NCBI GenBank assembly: GCA_037720695.1
Contig: JBBJLY010000001.1
Coordinates: 55,878-119,877 of the forward strand
Direction of reading: 5' to 3'
Length of the DNA stretch: 64,000 bases
Source of the DNA: Kofleriaceae bacterium
GTDB taxonomy: Bacteria > Myxococcota_A > Polyangia > Haliangiales > Haliangiaceae
A program made the translations under genes and the position numbers. This document shows positions 1 through 8,906 of the stretch, one piece after another; position 1 is the stretch's first letter, and each line of letters opens with the position of its first letter. Below the pieces are notes generated by a model. That model was not told the origin of the DNA, did no database searches, and saw only the letters and a program-made list of their open reading frames with translations.

Positions 1-378
1 CGCGCGATCCTCGCGCCCGGTCACACGCCGGGTTGCACCGTGTGGACCACGACCACGCGCGACACCGCCCGGACCTACGAGGTCGTGTTCTACGGCTGCG
101 TCCGACCGAACGACGAGGTCAAGCTGGTCGGCAACGCACGGTTCCCGCGGCTGATCGAGCAGACGCAGGACACGTTCCGCCGCATGACGACGCTGACCCC
201 CGACATCTACCTGACGATGCATCCCGAGCAGCAGTTCGCCGGCAAGCTCGACGCGCTCGTGGCTGGCACGCGCCCCCACCCGCTCGACGACCGTGCGGCG
301 TGGCCCGCGCTGATTCACGAGTACGAGACCGAATTCGCCGAGCGCGTGGCCCGCGCACGCCGTGAACCTGCGCGTTGA
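1..378 (+). CDS. hypothetical protein (5' end outside window)
   Basis: Frame 1 is open from base 1 to TGA 376-378, the same frame as track ORF 40..378. Codons are GC3-rich. No motif recognised. Confidence 0.35.
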   Translation, partial: RAILAPGHTPGCTVWTTTTRDTARTYEVVFYGCVRPNDEVKLVGNARFPRLIEQTQDTFRRMTTLTPDIYLTMHPEQQFAGKLDALVAGTRPHPLDDRAAWPALIHEYETEFAERVARARREPAR

Positions 379-414
379 GCTGGCCGCGACGAGCGCGCCC
401 GGGCACGATGCGGC

Positions 415-867
415 ATGCGACGCGGGAGCGTGACCGCCACCATCCCGGCCAGCGCCGCGGCCGTGTTCGCGTTGGTCCATGACTACGGTCGCCGGCTCGA
501 ATGGGACACGCTGCTCCGGGCGGCATATCTCGAGCCCGGTCATCCCGTGGCGGCGAAGGGCGCGATCAGCGTGTGCGTCGGGCGCCGCACCCTCGGTGGG
601 CTCGCCTTGCGAACCCGCTACGTCGCGTTCGATCCGCCGAAGGTCGCCGCGGTCGAGATGATCAACGCCCCGCCGTTGTTCGCGACCTGGGCAGCCTCGA
701 TCCGCCACGTCGAGCTCGGTCCCGACGAATCTCGCATCACGTACACGTTCCACTTCCGCGCCCGGCCCCGCTGGCTGGCGTGGCTGTTCGAGCCGATCAT
801 GCTGGTCATGTTTCGGTGGGAGACGCGCAAGCGGCTGCGCGCGCTGAGCGCACACTTTCAGCGCTGA
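415..867 (+). CDS. SRPBCC-superfamily protein (polyketide cyclase/START-like fold)
   Basis: Intact 150-aa ORF. The N-terminal 'AAAVFALVHDYGRRLEWD' and the length and hydrophobic pattern resemble Polyketide_cyc2 proteins. Assigned by eye only. Confidence 0.5.
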   Translation: MRRGSVTATIPASAAAVFALVHDYGRRLEWDTLLRAAYLEPGHPVAAKGAISVCVGRRTLGGLALRTRYVAFDPPKVAAVEMINAPPLFATWAASIRHVELGPDESRITYTFHFRARPRWLAWLFEPIMLVMFRWETRKRLRALSAHFQR

Positions 868-908
868 CGGCTGCACATCAACAGTTTCCATGGTAGTGAA
901 CTATTGCC

Positions 909-1304
909 ATGACGAAGCTCTACACCGGAAGTTGCCACTGTGGCGCGGTCGCGTTCGAGATCAGCGTCGACCTCGCGACCGAGACCAGCCGCTGCAACTG
1001 CTCGATCTGCACGAAGACGCGACTCTGGAAGGTCGGCGCGCCGGCCGCGGACTTCCGGCTCGTGCGGGGCGAGGACTCGCTCGCGGACTATCGGTTCGGT
1101 GACCAGAAGATCCTCCACCAGTTCTGCCGCGTGTGCGGCGTCAAGCTGTTCGGATCCGGCACCGGCGAGGACGGACCGTTTACCGTGGTCAGCGTCGCGA
1201 CCCTGGATGCCACCGAGCCGGAGCTCGCGGACGCGAAGATCACGTACCAGGACGGTCGTACCGGGTCGTTCGACCGCGAGCCGCCCGAGCACCGCTACCT
1301 GTGA
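909..1304 (+). CDS. GFA-family (CENP-V / glutathione-dependent formaldehyde-activating-like) zinc protein
   Basis: Cys motifs 'GSCHCGAV', 'CNCSIC' and 'FCRVCG' are characteristic of the GFA fold. Intact 131-aa ORF. Confidence 0.8.
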   Translation: MTKLYTGSCHCGAVAFEISVDLATETSRCNCSICTKTRLWKVGAPAADFRLVRGEDSLADYRFGDQKILHQFCRVCGVKLFGSGTGEDGPFTVVSVATLDATEPELADAKITYQDGRTGSFDREPPEHRYL

Positions 1305-1645
1305 CCGCGGATGACCAGGTCGGCCGCACGTTCGCGGCGCTCACCGATCCAACGCGGCGCGCGATCTTGCTCCGGCTCGAGCGCGGCGTGGCGACCATCG
1401 GCGAGCTCGCCGCACCGTTCGAGATCAAGTTGCCCGCGGTGATGAAGCACCTCGACGTGCTGCACGACGCTGGTCTGATCTCGCGCGAGAAGCGCGGCCG
1501 CACGGTGTCGATCACGCTCGAGCCAAAGCCGATGCGCGATGCGATGCGCTGGCTCGCCCGCTACGAACGGTTCTGGACCCCGCGGCTCGATCGACTGGTC
1601 GAGCACGCGGAGGCCCGCGAGACCCAACTGAAGAGGAAGCAATGA
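1301..1645 (+). CDS. ArsR/SmtB-family transcriptional regulator
   Basis: 'FAALTDPTRRAILLRL..ATIGELAAPFEIKLPAVMKHLDVLHDAGLI' is a winged HTH. GTG at 1301 overlaps the stop of the upstream gene (GTGA). The track ORF 1133..1645 is trimmed to this start. Confidence 0.8.
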   Translation: MTADDQVGRTFAALTDPTRRAILLRLERGVATIGELAAPFEIKLPAVMKHLDVLHDAGLISREKRGRTVSITLEPKPMRDAMRWLARYERFWTPRLDRLVEHAEARETQLKRKQ

Positions 1646-2070
1646 GCTCGTTGACCATCGTTCGCAAGATCAAGGCCCGCCCATCCGTGGTGTTCGAGGC
1701 GGTGAGCACCCCGGAAGGCCTGCGCCAGTGGATCGGGCCAGATGACGGGCCGGTCCTCGTCGCCGAAGCGGATCCCCGCACGGGCGGGAGATTTCTGGTG
1801 CGGTTCCAGATGCTCGACGGGACCGAGCACGAGGCCGGTGGCGAGTACGTCGAGGTCACCCCGCCCTCCCGCCTGGTGATGACCTGGCAGTGGCGCAACG
1901 AGCCGGAGACTTCGCGTGTCGAGATCAGCTTGCGCGAGATCGCCGAGGGCACCGAGCTGACGTTCACCCACGCTCAGCTGCCGAGCGAGGGCAGCGCGGA
2001 CAGCCACCGCAAAGGTTGGAACGGCTCGCTCGACAAGCTGGTGCGCGCAGTGGACGGCAAGCCCGCATGA
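1642..2070 (+). CDS. SRPBCC/AHSA1 (activator of Hsp90 ATPase-like) domain protein
   Basis: ATGA start/stop overlap with the ArsR gene. 'SVVFEAVSTPEGLRQWIGP' and 'MTWQW' match the AHSA1 pattern. ArsR plus SRPBCC is a common pair. Confidence 0.75.
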   Translation: MSSLTIVRKIKARPSVVFEAVSTPEGLRQWIGPDDGPVLVAEADPRTGGRFLVRFQMLDGTEHEAGGEYVEVTPPSRLVMTWQWRNEPETSRVEISLREIAEGTELTFTHAQLPSEGSADSHRKGWNGSLDKLVRAVDGKPA

Positions 2071-2079
2071 CCGCGATAC

Positions 2080-3118
2080 CTATTCGATCTTGCGCACGAA
2101 CGTCGCGACCGGCTTTCCGCCGGCACCGATCTCGATCTCGAACATGTGCATGATCTGGCCGTGGTTCTTCGGGTTGTCCTGCCCGCCCGAGAACTCCCAC
2201 GTATTGACCGCCATCATCATCGCGCCGGACTCGTCGCGATAGAACGTCGGCGTCCCGGGCCCGAACATGTCGAGCTCGGATCGGCTCGCGAGCCACGGCT
2301 TGTCGACCGTCTGCTTGACGCAGGGGCCCTGGAGGCTTGCGCCACAGTCGGCGTACCCCACGCCGTAGGTGTCGTTGCGGTACGAGCCGCCGGAGTAGAA
2401 GACATACCAGCGCTTCTCGCCATTCGCGTCGAGCCGGACGAGCCCGGCGTTCTCCATCACGGGCTCTTCCCAGCCCCCGAGTGTGATCCGGGTCTGCTCG
2501 ATCCACGTGCTGTCGGGTGCGAAGTAGCGACCAAACTCGCCGAGCTCGCGGATCGAGATCGTGTTGTTACCGCCCGACTCGTCGACTCGCGCGAGCAGGT
2601 GCCAGTCACCCTGCGCGTCGCGCACCGGATAGGCGTCGATCGCCCACAGGCCGCGCTCCGGGCACACCAGCGGGCCCGCGAAGTCGTCGACGAACGGTCC
2701 GTCGGCGCTCGTCGCATGCGCCCGGAAGATGCACATGTGACGCTCGGTGCCGGCCTGCACCGCGGTGTAATAGATCATCCACTGTCCGTCGGCGATCTTC
2801 GCCGCGCCGGGCCCAGACCGAACCGTCCTGCACCGCGAGGTCGTTGAGCCGCGGTAGCGCCTCGCCGATCCGCTGCCAGGTCTGGCCGTTGTCGTCGGAC
2901 CGCGCGTGGGTGACGTTGACCCGCTCGCCCTGGAACGCCTGGAGCGCGAAGTACGCGTGCAGCTGGTCGCCGTCGCGGATGATGGTCGGCGATCCGAAGC
3001 GACCATGGAATGGTGGCAACGCCTGCTCGGACATCAGCAGGTCGTCGTCGGGCTCGGGCTCCCCGGCTCCGCAGGCGGTGACGGCGAGCAGCAGCGAGGT
3101 CGCGACGAGTCGAACCAT
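2080..3118 (-). pseudogene. glycoside hydrolase family 43-like lipoprotein, one frameshift
   Basis: The N-terminus (frame of ORF 2606..3118) has the lipobox 'LLLAVTAC' and reads to '...DGSVWA'. The rest ('PGAAKIADGQWMIYYTAV...' to the end) lies in the frame of ORF 2080..3006. The junction at about 2807-2815 sits at the GH43 'WAP' motif. Confidence 0.7.
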
Positions 3119-3240
3119 GTGCCGCGTTCAGCAAGCGGGATGCCACCAGCCAAGCGTGCGCCATCGTTGATAGGTATCGGCGACCTGTAGCGGCGGACGT
3201 TACAGGTGCCCACGCCACGCGAAGCGGGTAAGGTCGTCGC

Positions 3241-3435
3241 ATGGGCCGCTCGCTCGCGCTGATCTGGCTGGTCGCCTGTGGACCCGGCGGGACCAGCAAG
3301 CCCGCCGGCACGACCAACGATCCGGTCGAGGTCTGCGAGCGCGTCGCCGACGTGTGTCGGATCGACAAGGCCAAGCTCGGCGTGTGCACGCAGCGGCGCG
3401 ACGGCTCCGGGTTGTCCTGCGCCTCGCAGCACTAA
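3241..3435 (+). CDS. small Cys-rich lipoprotein (hypothetical)
   Basis: 64-aa ORF with signal/lipobox 'LIWLVAC' and four further Cys. Codons are GC3-rich. No family recognised. Confidence 0.4.
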   Translation: MGRSLALIWLVACGPGGTSKPAGTTNDPVEVCERVADVCRIDKAKLGVCTQRRDGSGLSCASQH

Positions 3436-3559
3436 CGACGCCACGCGCGACCACCTGCGTGCTGCATCGTCAGCCCGGGCGAGCTGACGAAGCCGGTGGT
3501 CGTCGGCATCACGACGGCGTGCCGTTCCCGGGGTCGAGGACCGAACGTTGGCGAAACCA

Positions 3560-3575
3560 CTGACCATCCGGTCAG
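3560..3575. promoter_or_regulatory. perfect palindrome CTGACCATCCGGTCAG, candidate LexA/SOS operator
   Basis: 6-4-6 inverted repeat 31 nt upstream of the dinB GTG. It matches 14 of 17 positions of the Myxococcus LexA box as I recall it (CTRHAMRYBYGTTCAGS). Confidence 0.35.
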
Positions 3576-3605
3576 TATCAGGGTGGTCGCGTACGTTCAA
3601 CCTCC

Positions 3606-4829
3606 GTGCTGGCTCGGTTCTGCTGCCTCGATCTCGACACGTTCTTCGTCTCCGTCGAGCGCCTGCTGGACCCGAGCCTGTGCGGCAAGCCGGTGGTGGT
3701 CGGCGGTCACCGCGGTGGCACCGGCGTCGTGACCTCGGCGAGCTACGAGGCGCGCGTGTTCGGAGTGCGCTCGGGGATGTCGATCCGCGAGGCGTCGGAG
3801 CGCGCGCCGCGGGAGGCGGTGTTCGTTCCGGGCCACGGCAAGGTCTACGGCGAGTACTCGCAGCGGGCGCGCGAGATCGTCGAGCGGTTCAGTCCCGTCG
3901 TGGTCGCCGCGAGCATCGACGAGCACTATGTCGACTTCCGTGGCTGCGAGCGCATGTACCGCCAGCCCGAGGACCGCAATGACGACGCCACCATCCTGCG
4001 CGTGGTGCGCGAGATGACCGGCGCGATCGATCGCGAGCTCGGGTTGCCTGCGAGCGCGGGCATCGCCACCACCAAGTCGATGGCGAAGGTCGCGAGCGCG
4101 CTGGCCAAGCCGCGCGGCGTGCTCCTGGTCGTTGCGGGCACCGAGGCCGCCACGCTCGGCCCGCTCGCGGTCCGCAAGCTGCCGGGGATCGGCCCGGTCT
4201 CGGAGACCCGGCTGCGCACGCTCGGCATCGAGACGCTCGCGCAGCTGGTCGACGCGCCCGAGGCACTGCTGCGCCCGATCTTCGGCGCGTACACCGCGGG
4301 CATCCGGCGCGCCGCGCGTGGCGAAGGCGCCGCCGAGCTCGGCCACGAGCGACCCGCATTTCGCGAGTACGATCCGCGGGGCGCGTGCAGCGGCACGATC
4401 TCCAACGAGCGCACGTTCGCCGAGGTCACAGGTGAGACCACCGCCGCGGTGCTGTCCGAGCTGTGCGAGCGCGTGTGCTCGCGCGCGCGCAAGCGTGGCG
4501 TGCTCGCCGGTCAGGTGACGCTGAAGCTGCGCTACACCGACTTCGACACGATCAGCCGCGGTCGCACGATCATCCCGACGAGTGACGAGCTCGAGCTGTA
4601 CCGGATCGTCCGCGAGATCTACCGTGAGGCGCGGACGCGCGCATTGCCGATCCGGCTGCTCGGGGTCGCGCTCGCGAAGCTTCGGCTCGACGACGTCCAG
4701 CTGGCGCTGTTCGATTCCGGAGATCGTCGCGGTCACGCGGTCGACGACATCCGCGACAAGTTTGGCTACGACGCCGTGCACCTCGCGACCACGCTCGCGC
4801 GCAGTCGCCGGCGTCGCGACGACGAGTGA
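3606..4829 (+). CDS. dinB: DNA polymerase IV (Y-family translesion polymerase)
   Basis: 'CLDLDTFFVSVE', 'VVTSASYEARVFGVRSGM', 'SIDEHYVD' and 'LPGIGPV' are canonical DinB/UmuC motifs. Intact 407 aa. Confidence 0.9.
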   Translation: MLARFCCLDLDTFFVSVERLLDPSLCGKPVVVGGHRGGTGVVTSASYEARVFGVRSGMSIREASERAPREAVFVPGHGKVYGEYSQRAREIVERFSPVVVAASIDEHYVDFRGCERMYRQPEDRNDDATILRVVREMTGAIDRELGLPASAGIATTKSMAKVASALAKPRGVLLVVAGTEAATLGPLAVRKLPGIGPVSETRLRTLGIETLAQLVDAPEALLRPIFGAYTAGIRRAARGEGAAELGHERPAFREYDPRGACSGTISNERTFAEVTGETTAAVLSELCERVCSRARKRGVLAGQVTLKLRYTDFDTISRGRTIIPTSDELELYRIVREIYREARTRALPIRLLGVALAKLRLDDVQLALFDSGDRRGHAVDDIRDKFGYDAVHLATTLARSRRRRDDE

Positions 4830-5212
4830 ACTATTCTCGACACGTGAACCCGACGATCATCGACTTCAAGCCGTACGTGCCTGCCCGCGAATTCGGGGTC
4901 TCCAAGCGGTTCTATCTCGCGCTCGGGTTCGCGATGTCACAGGGTCACGGCGGCACGGCGGACTTCGAGCTGGGTGGGTCGCGGTTCCGGCTGCAGGACT
5001 ATTACGTCGCCGACTGGGCCAACAACTTCATGCTCGTGATGACGGTCGACGATGTCGAAGCATGGCATCGCCATGTCACGGCCGTGCTCTCCGACCCCCT
5101 GCTCGCCAGTGCGCGGGTCGCGCCGATCGAGGCGATCGACGATGCGCGGGTGCTGCACGTCCACGACCCATCGGGTGTGCTGCTGATCTTCGTGCAACGC
5201 GCGGCTCGCTGA
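4826..5212 (+). CDS. VOC/glyoxalase-bleomycin-resistance-like protein
   Basis: GTGA overlap with the dinB stop. 128 aa. 'FYLALGF...' and 'VHDPSGVLLIF' resemble the VOC beta-alpha-beta-beta-beta module. Confidence 0.5.
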   Translation: MNYSRHVNPTIIDFKPYVPAREFGVSKRFYLALGFAMSQGHGGTADFELGGSRFRLQDYYVADWANNFMLVMTVDDVEAWHRHVTAVLSDPLLASARVAPIEAIDDARVLHVHDPSGVLLIFVQRAAR

Positions 5213-5294
5213 GCCTCGAGCACGCTGTCAATCCGAGATCTTCCGGGGATCTGCTCGGGCTCGTCGTCGGCGCGGCGGCCTGCCACGGTGGAGC

Positions 5295-6512
5295 GTGGAC
5301 GTCCGGCGCAAGCTCGCCATCCTCGCCGACGCTGCGAAGTACGACGCGTCGTGCGCGTCCAGTGGCGCGAAGCGCGCGGGCACGGCCGGCGGCATCGGAC
5401 ACCAGACCGGCAACGGCATCTGTCACAGCTACACGCCGGACGGTCGCTGCGTGTCGCTGCTGAAGATCCTGCTGACCAACAAGTGCACGTTCGATTGCAC
5501 GTACTGCGTCAACCGGCGGTCGAGCGACATCGAGCGCGCGCAGTTCACGCCCGATGAGGTGGTGGACCTCACGCTCGCGATGTACCGCCGCAACTACATC
5601 GAGGGCCTGTTCCTGTCCTCGGGCGTGCTCCGCGACCCCGACTACACGATGGAGCTGGTGACCCGGGTCGCGCGGACCTTGCGCACGACGCAGCGGTTCG
5701 GCGGTTACGTGCACCTGAAGGCGGTGGCTGGGGCCTCGCCGGCGCTGCTCGCGGAAGCCGGACGATGGTGCGACCGCCTGAGCGTCAACATCGAGCTACC
5801 GACCGCAACCGACCTCGCCGCGCTCGCGCCCGAGAAGCAGGTGCCGTCGATCCACGGCTCGATGACGACGATCCGCGACCATCACGACGACGCGCCGCGC
5901 AACTTCGCACCCGCGGGCCAGAGCACGCAGATGATCGTGGGCGCCACGCCGACGCCGGATGCGGCGATCCTCGAGACCTCGCACCGGCTGTACACGACGT
6001 ACAAGCTACGCCGGGTCTACTACACGGCGTACTCGCCGACCCAGCGCGCGGATACCCGGTTGCCGACCGAGGCGCCGCCGCTCGTTCGCGAGCACCGGCT
6101 GTACGAGGCCGACTGGCTGATCCGGCACTACGGGTTTGCGGTCGGCGAGCTCACCACCGCGGACGCGCCGAACCTCGACCCCGAGATCGATCCGAAGCTC
6201 GCGTGGGCGCTGCGCAACCGGGCGCGGTTCCCGATCGACGTCAACACAGGCGATCGCGAGCAACTGCTGCGCATCCCGGGGCTCGGGGTCCGCAACGTGG
6301 ATCGCATCCTCGCGTCACGCCGGCACCGCGCGATCCGGCTCGCCGATCTGGCGCAGCTGCGGGCGCCGATGAAGCACGTCACGCCGTTCGTGATCACCGC
6401 GGACCACAACCCGGATGCGTTGCTGATCGACCGGCTCGACCTCCGCGGACGCGTCGCGCCGACGCAGCTGGCGTTCGACTTCGCGCCCTCGGTGCGAGGC
6501 GGTCAGCTGTGA
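5295..6512 (+). CDS. putative DNA modification/repair radical-SAM protein (TIGR03916-like)
   Basis: Starts 'KLAILADAAKYDASCASSG'. Radical-SAM motif 'CTFDCTYC'. C-terminal helix-hairpin-helix 'LLRIPGLGVRNVDRIL'. Intact 405 aa. Confidence 0.85.
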   Translation: MDVRRKLAILADAAKYDASCASSGAKRAGTAGGIGHQTGNGICHSYTPDGRCVSLLKILLTNKCTFDCTYCVNRRSSDIERAQFTPDEVVDLTLAMYRRNYIEGLFLSSGVLRDPDYTMELVTRVARTLRTTQRFGGYVHLKAVAGASPALLAEAGRWCDRLSVNIELPTATDLAALAPEKQVPSIHGSMTTIRDHHDDAPRNFAPAGQSTQMIVGATPTPDAAILETSHRLYTTYKLRRVYYTAYSPTQRADTRLPTEAPPLVREHRLYEADWLIRHYGFAVGELTTADAPNLDPEIDPKLAWALRNRARFPIDVNTGDREQLLRIPGLGVRNVDRILASRRHRAIRLADLAQLRAPMKHVTPFVITADHNPDALLIDRLDLRGRVAPTQLAFDFAPSVRGGQL

Positions 6513-7890
6513 GGTCCGCAGTCGCGAGCAGCGACTTCCCGACCTGGCGCATCGCCGCGCGCGCTGCTCGCCGGCGAGGTCGCGCCGCGCGAGGTCACGT
6601 GGGTCACCGCAGGCGCCACCCCGAGCCTGTTCGATCAGCCGTACGTGTCCCCGCCGATCGAGGCCGCCGCACAGGTTCCGCGTCGATTCTTTCAGCTGGC
6701 CCACGATGCGGTGCTCCATCGCGACCCGAGCACGCACGCGGTGCTGTATCGCGTGCTGTGGCGAATCGCGCACGGCGAGCGCGTGCTCGACGATCCGCTG
6801 GATCCCGATGCGCGCCTGCTCGGGCTGCGTGTCGGCGAGATCACGCGCGACCTCCACAAGATGCACGCGTTCGTCCGGTTCCGGCAGGTCGGTGATCAGT
6901 TCGTCGCGTGGTACGCGCCCGATCACCACATCGTCGAGCGCGCCGCGCCGTTCTTCCGCGAACGCTTTCACGGCATGGCGTGGACGATCCTGACGCCCGA
7001 TCGCAGCGTGTCCTGGGATCAGCACGAGCTGATATTTGGCCCCGGTGCCCCGCGCAGCGCGGGCCCTGCCACCGACGATCTCGAGGAGCTGTGGCGGACG
7101 TACTACACATCGATCTTCAACCCCGCGCGTGCCAACCCACGCGTCATGCGGCAGCACATGCCCGCGCGATTCTGGCCGCAGCTGCCCGAGACCAGCGTGA
7201 TCCCGGCGCTGCTCGCCGCCGCGGCGCCCCGGGTCGAGCACATGGTCGATCCGGCCGCGGCCGTCGCCGCGCGGATCGCGGCAGCCAGCGGTGGTGAGCG
7301 CGTCACCCTCACGACCCTGCGCGATGCGGCGCGCGGCTGCACCGCATGCGAGCTGTGCGGTCCCGCCACCCAGACCGTGTTTGGCGAAGGCGCATTCGAC
7401 GCGCAGCTGGTGCTCGTCGGCGAGCAACCGGGCGACGAGGAAGACCGCCGCGGCCGGCCGTTCATCGGTCCGCAGGTCAGGTGTCGACCAGGCGCTCGCC
7501 GCGGCCGGGATCGCGCGCGATCGGATCTACGTCACCAACGCGGTCAAACACTTCGGTTTTGCCCGCGGCAAGCAGCGGCTGCACCAGCGCCCGACCGCCG
7601 ATCAGATCCGCGCGTGCAAGCCGTGGCTCGGTGCAGAGCTCGCCGCGCTCCGGCCGCAGGTGATCGTGTGCCTCGGCGCGAGCGCGGCACACTCGTTGAT
7701 CGGCTCGCGGTTCAAGATCTCCGAGCACCGCGGGCAGCGGCTCACCACGCGCTGGGCGGAGCACCTGGTCGCGACCCATCACCCGGCGGCGATCCTTCGC
7801 GTCGACCCCGGCGACCGTCCTCGGTACGAGGCCGAGCTGCGCGCCGACCTCGCGCTTGCGCGCGGCATGCTCGAAGCCGGTCAGCGATAG
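6509..7890 (+). pseudogene. DUF4130 (TIGR03915-like) domain fused to a family-4 uracil-DNA glycosylase-like domain, two apparent frameshifts
   Basis: GTG 6509 overlaps the radical-SAM stop and reads 'VRSAVASSDFPTWRIAARA'. The frame then changes at about 6555-6570 to '..LLAGEVAPREVTW..' (frame of ORF 6645..). UDG motif 'GEGAFDAQLVLVGEQPGDEEDRRGRPFIGP' is followed at about 7470-7485 by a shift into 'DQALAAAGIARDRIYVTNAVKHF...HPAAILR' (frame of ORF 7291..7890). Confidence 0.7.
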
Positions 7891-8768
7891 CGAATCCGAT
7901 AGATGTCGAGCTTGCCCGCGCTCGCCTCGGCCCGCTTGCCCGAGAAGTACAGCACCTGGCGGTCCTGGAGATCGATCGACGGTCCCAGCGTGTAGCCGGC
8001 CGCGACGTTCACCGTGTTCGCCAGCGGGGTGCCGGCGTCATACCCGGCGGGCCCGCGGCGCGCGACGAACAGCTCGATCGGATCGTTCTCGACATCGGTC
8101 GAGCGGGCGAACACGATCGACGTGCCGTCCGCGAGGTACGTCGCATCGAATTCGTCGTGGTCGGCCGTATTGATCGCCCCTGGCAACGGCGTCGCTGCCG
8201 CGAACCCGGTGCCACGCGTGGCGGCGAAGTAGAGGTCGTGCTTGCCCGGCGCGCGGTTGGTCGCGAACAGCAGCCCACCACCGTCGAGCGCGGGGCACGG
8301 TGCCCACTCGTTGCCGCTGGTATTGATCTCGGGCCCGAGGTGCTCGACCGCACCGAAGCCGGTGGCCGCGACCGGGGCGCGATAGATGTCATCGCCCCCT
8401 GCACCACCCGGCCGGTTCGAGAAGAAGTAGACGTAGGCGCCGTCGGCGCTGAACGCTGGATCGAAGTCGTTTGCGGCGGAGTTGAGGCTCGCCGGCTCCG
8501 GCGCGCTCCACGTACCGCCCGTCCGCCGGCTGGTCCACAGGTCCCAGCCCCCGGCACCGCCGGGCCGATCGGGCGAGCCCCACATACGGAGCGCGCCGTC
8601 GGGGCTGACGGCGAACCGGATCTCGACGTGAGCGCTCGAGACGCCATCGCCAACCAGCTCGGCCGTGCCGTCGAGCGCGAATGGGCTGGGGGACGCGGGT
8701 GGCGGCTTCGGCGTCGAGCCGCACGCCGCGATGATCGGGAACCACGCGAGCTTCATGAGGTCCGTCAT
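7881..8768 (-). CDS. TolB-like (PD40/WD40-like) beta-propeller lipoprotein
   Basis: Lipobox 'PIIAAC'. Repeated 'D..P.fS.DG..lyF.S.R.GG.G..DiY' blocks typical of PD40 repeats. Intact 295 aa. Confidence 0.7.
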   Translation of the reverse strand: MTDLMKLAWFPIIAACGSTPKPPPASPSPFALDGTAELVGDGVSSAHVEIRFAVSPDGALRMWGSPDRPGGAGGWDLWTSRRTGGTWSAPEPASLNSAANDFDPAFSADGAYVYFFSNRPGGAGGDDIYRAPVAATGFGAVEHLGPEINTSGNEWAPCPALDGGGLLFATNRAPGKHDLYFAATRGTGFAAATPLPGAINTADHDEFDATYLADGTSIVFARSTDVENDPIELFVARRGPAGYDAGTPLANTVNVAAGYTLGPSIDLQDRQVLYFSGKRAEASAGKLDIYRIRYR

Positions 8769-8906
8769 TGTGCCCGAGGCCTGGACGCAGCGGAGAGCCG
8801 CGACGCGAGTAGCGCGCTCGGCCTGCGCGCCGATTCGGCGTGATCGCGTTCCGGCGACCGAGAATCAGCCGGATAGCGCTGGCGCGGGCATTGCTGAACC
8901 GGCGGG

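Noticed and set aside
3597-4781. 394-aa ORF antisense to dinB. Similar long antisense ORFs lie at 6315..7427, 13542..15059, 21858..23603, 35650..36777, 46868..48166, 51320..53791 and 59871..60878.
   Set aside because: These are Arg/Ala/Gly/Pro-rich translations with no motifs, lying opposite genes with strong family signatures. They are typical shadow ORFs of a ~70% GC genome.
6645-8843. 732-aa track ORF taken as one gene.
   Set aside because: Only the first ~276 aa carry DUF4130/UDG motifs. The remainder is out-of-frame UDG sequence and then antisense to the TolB-like gene at 7881..8768.
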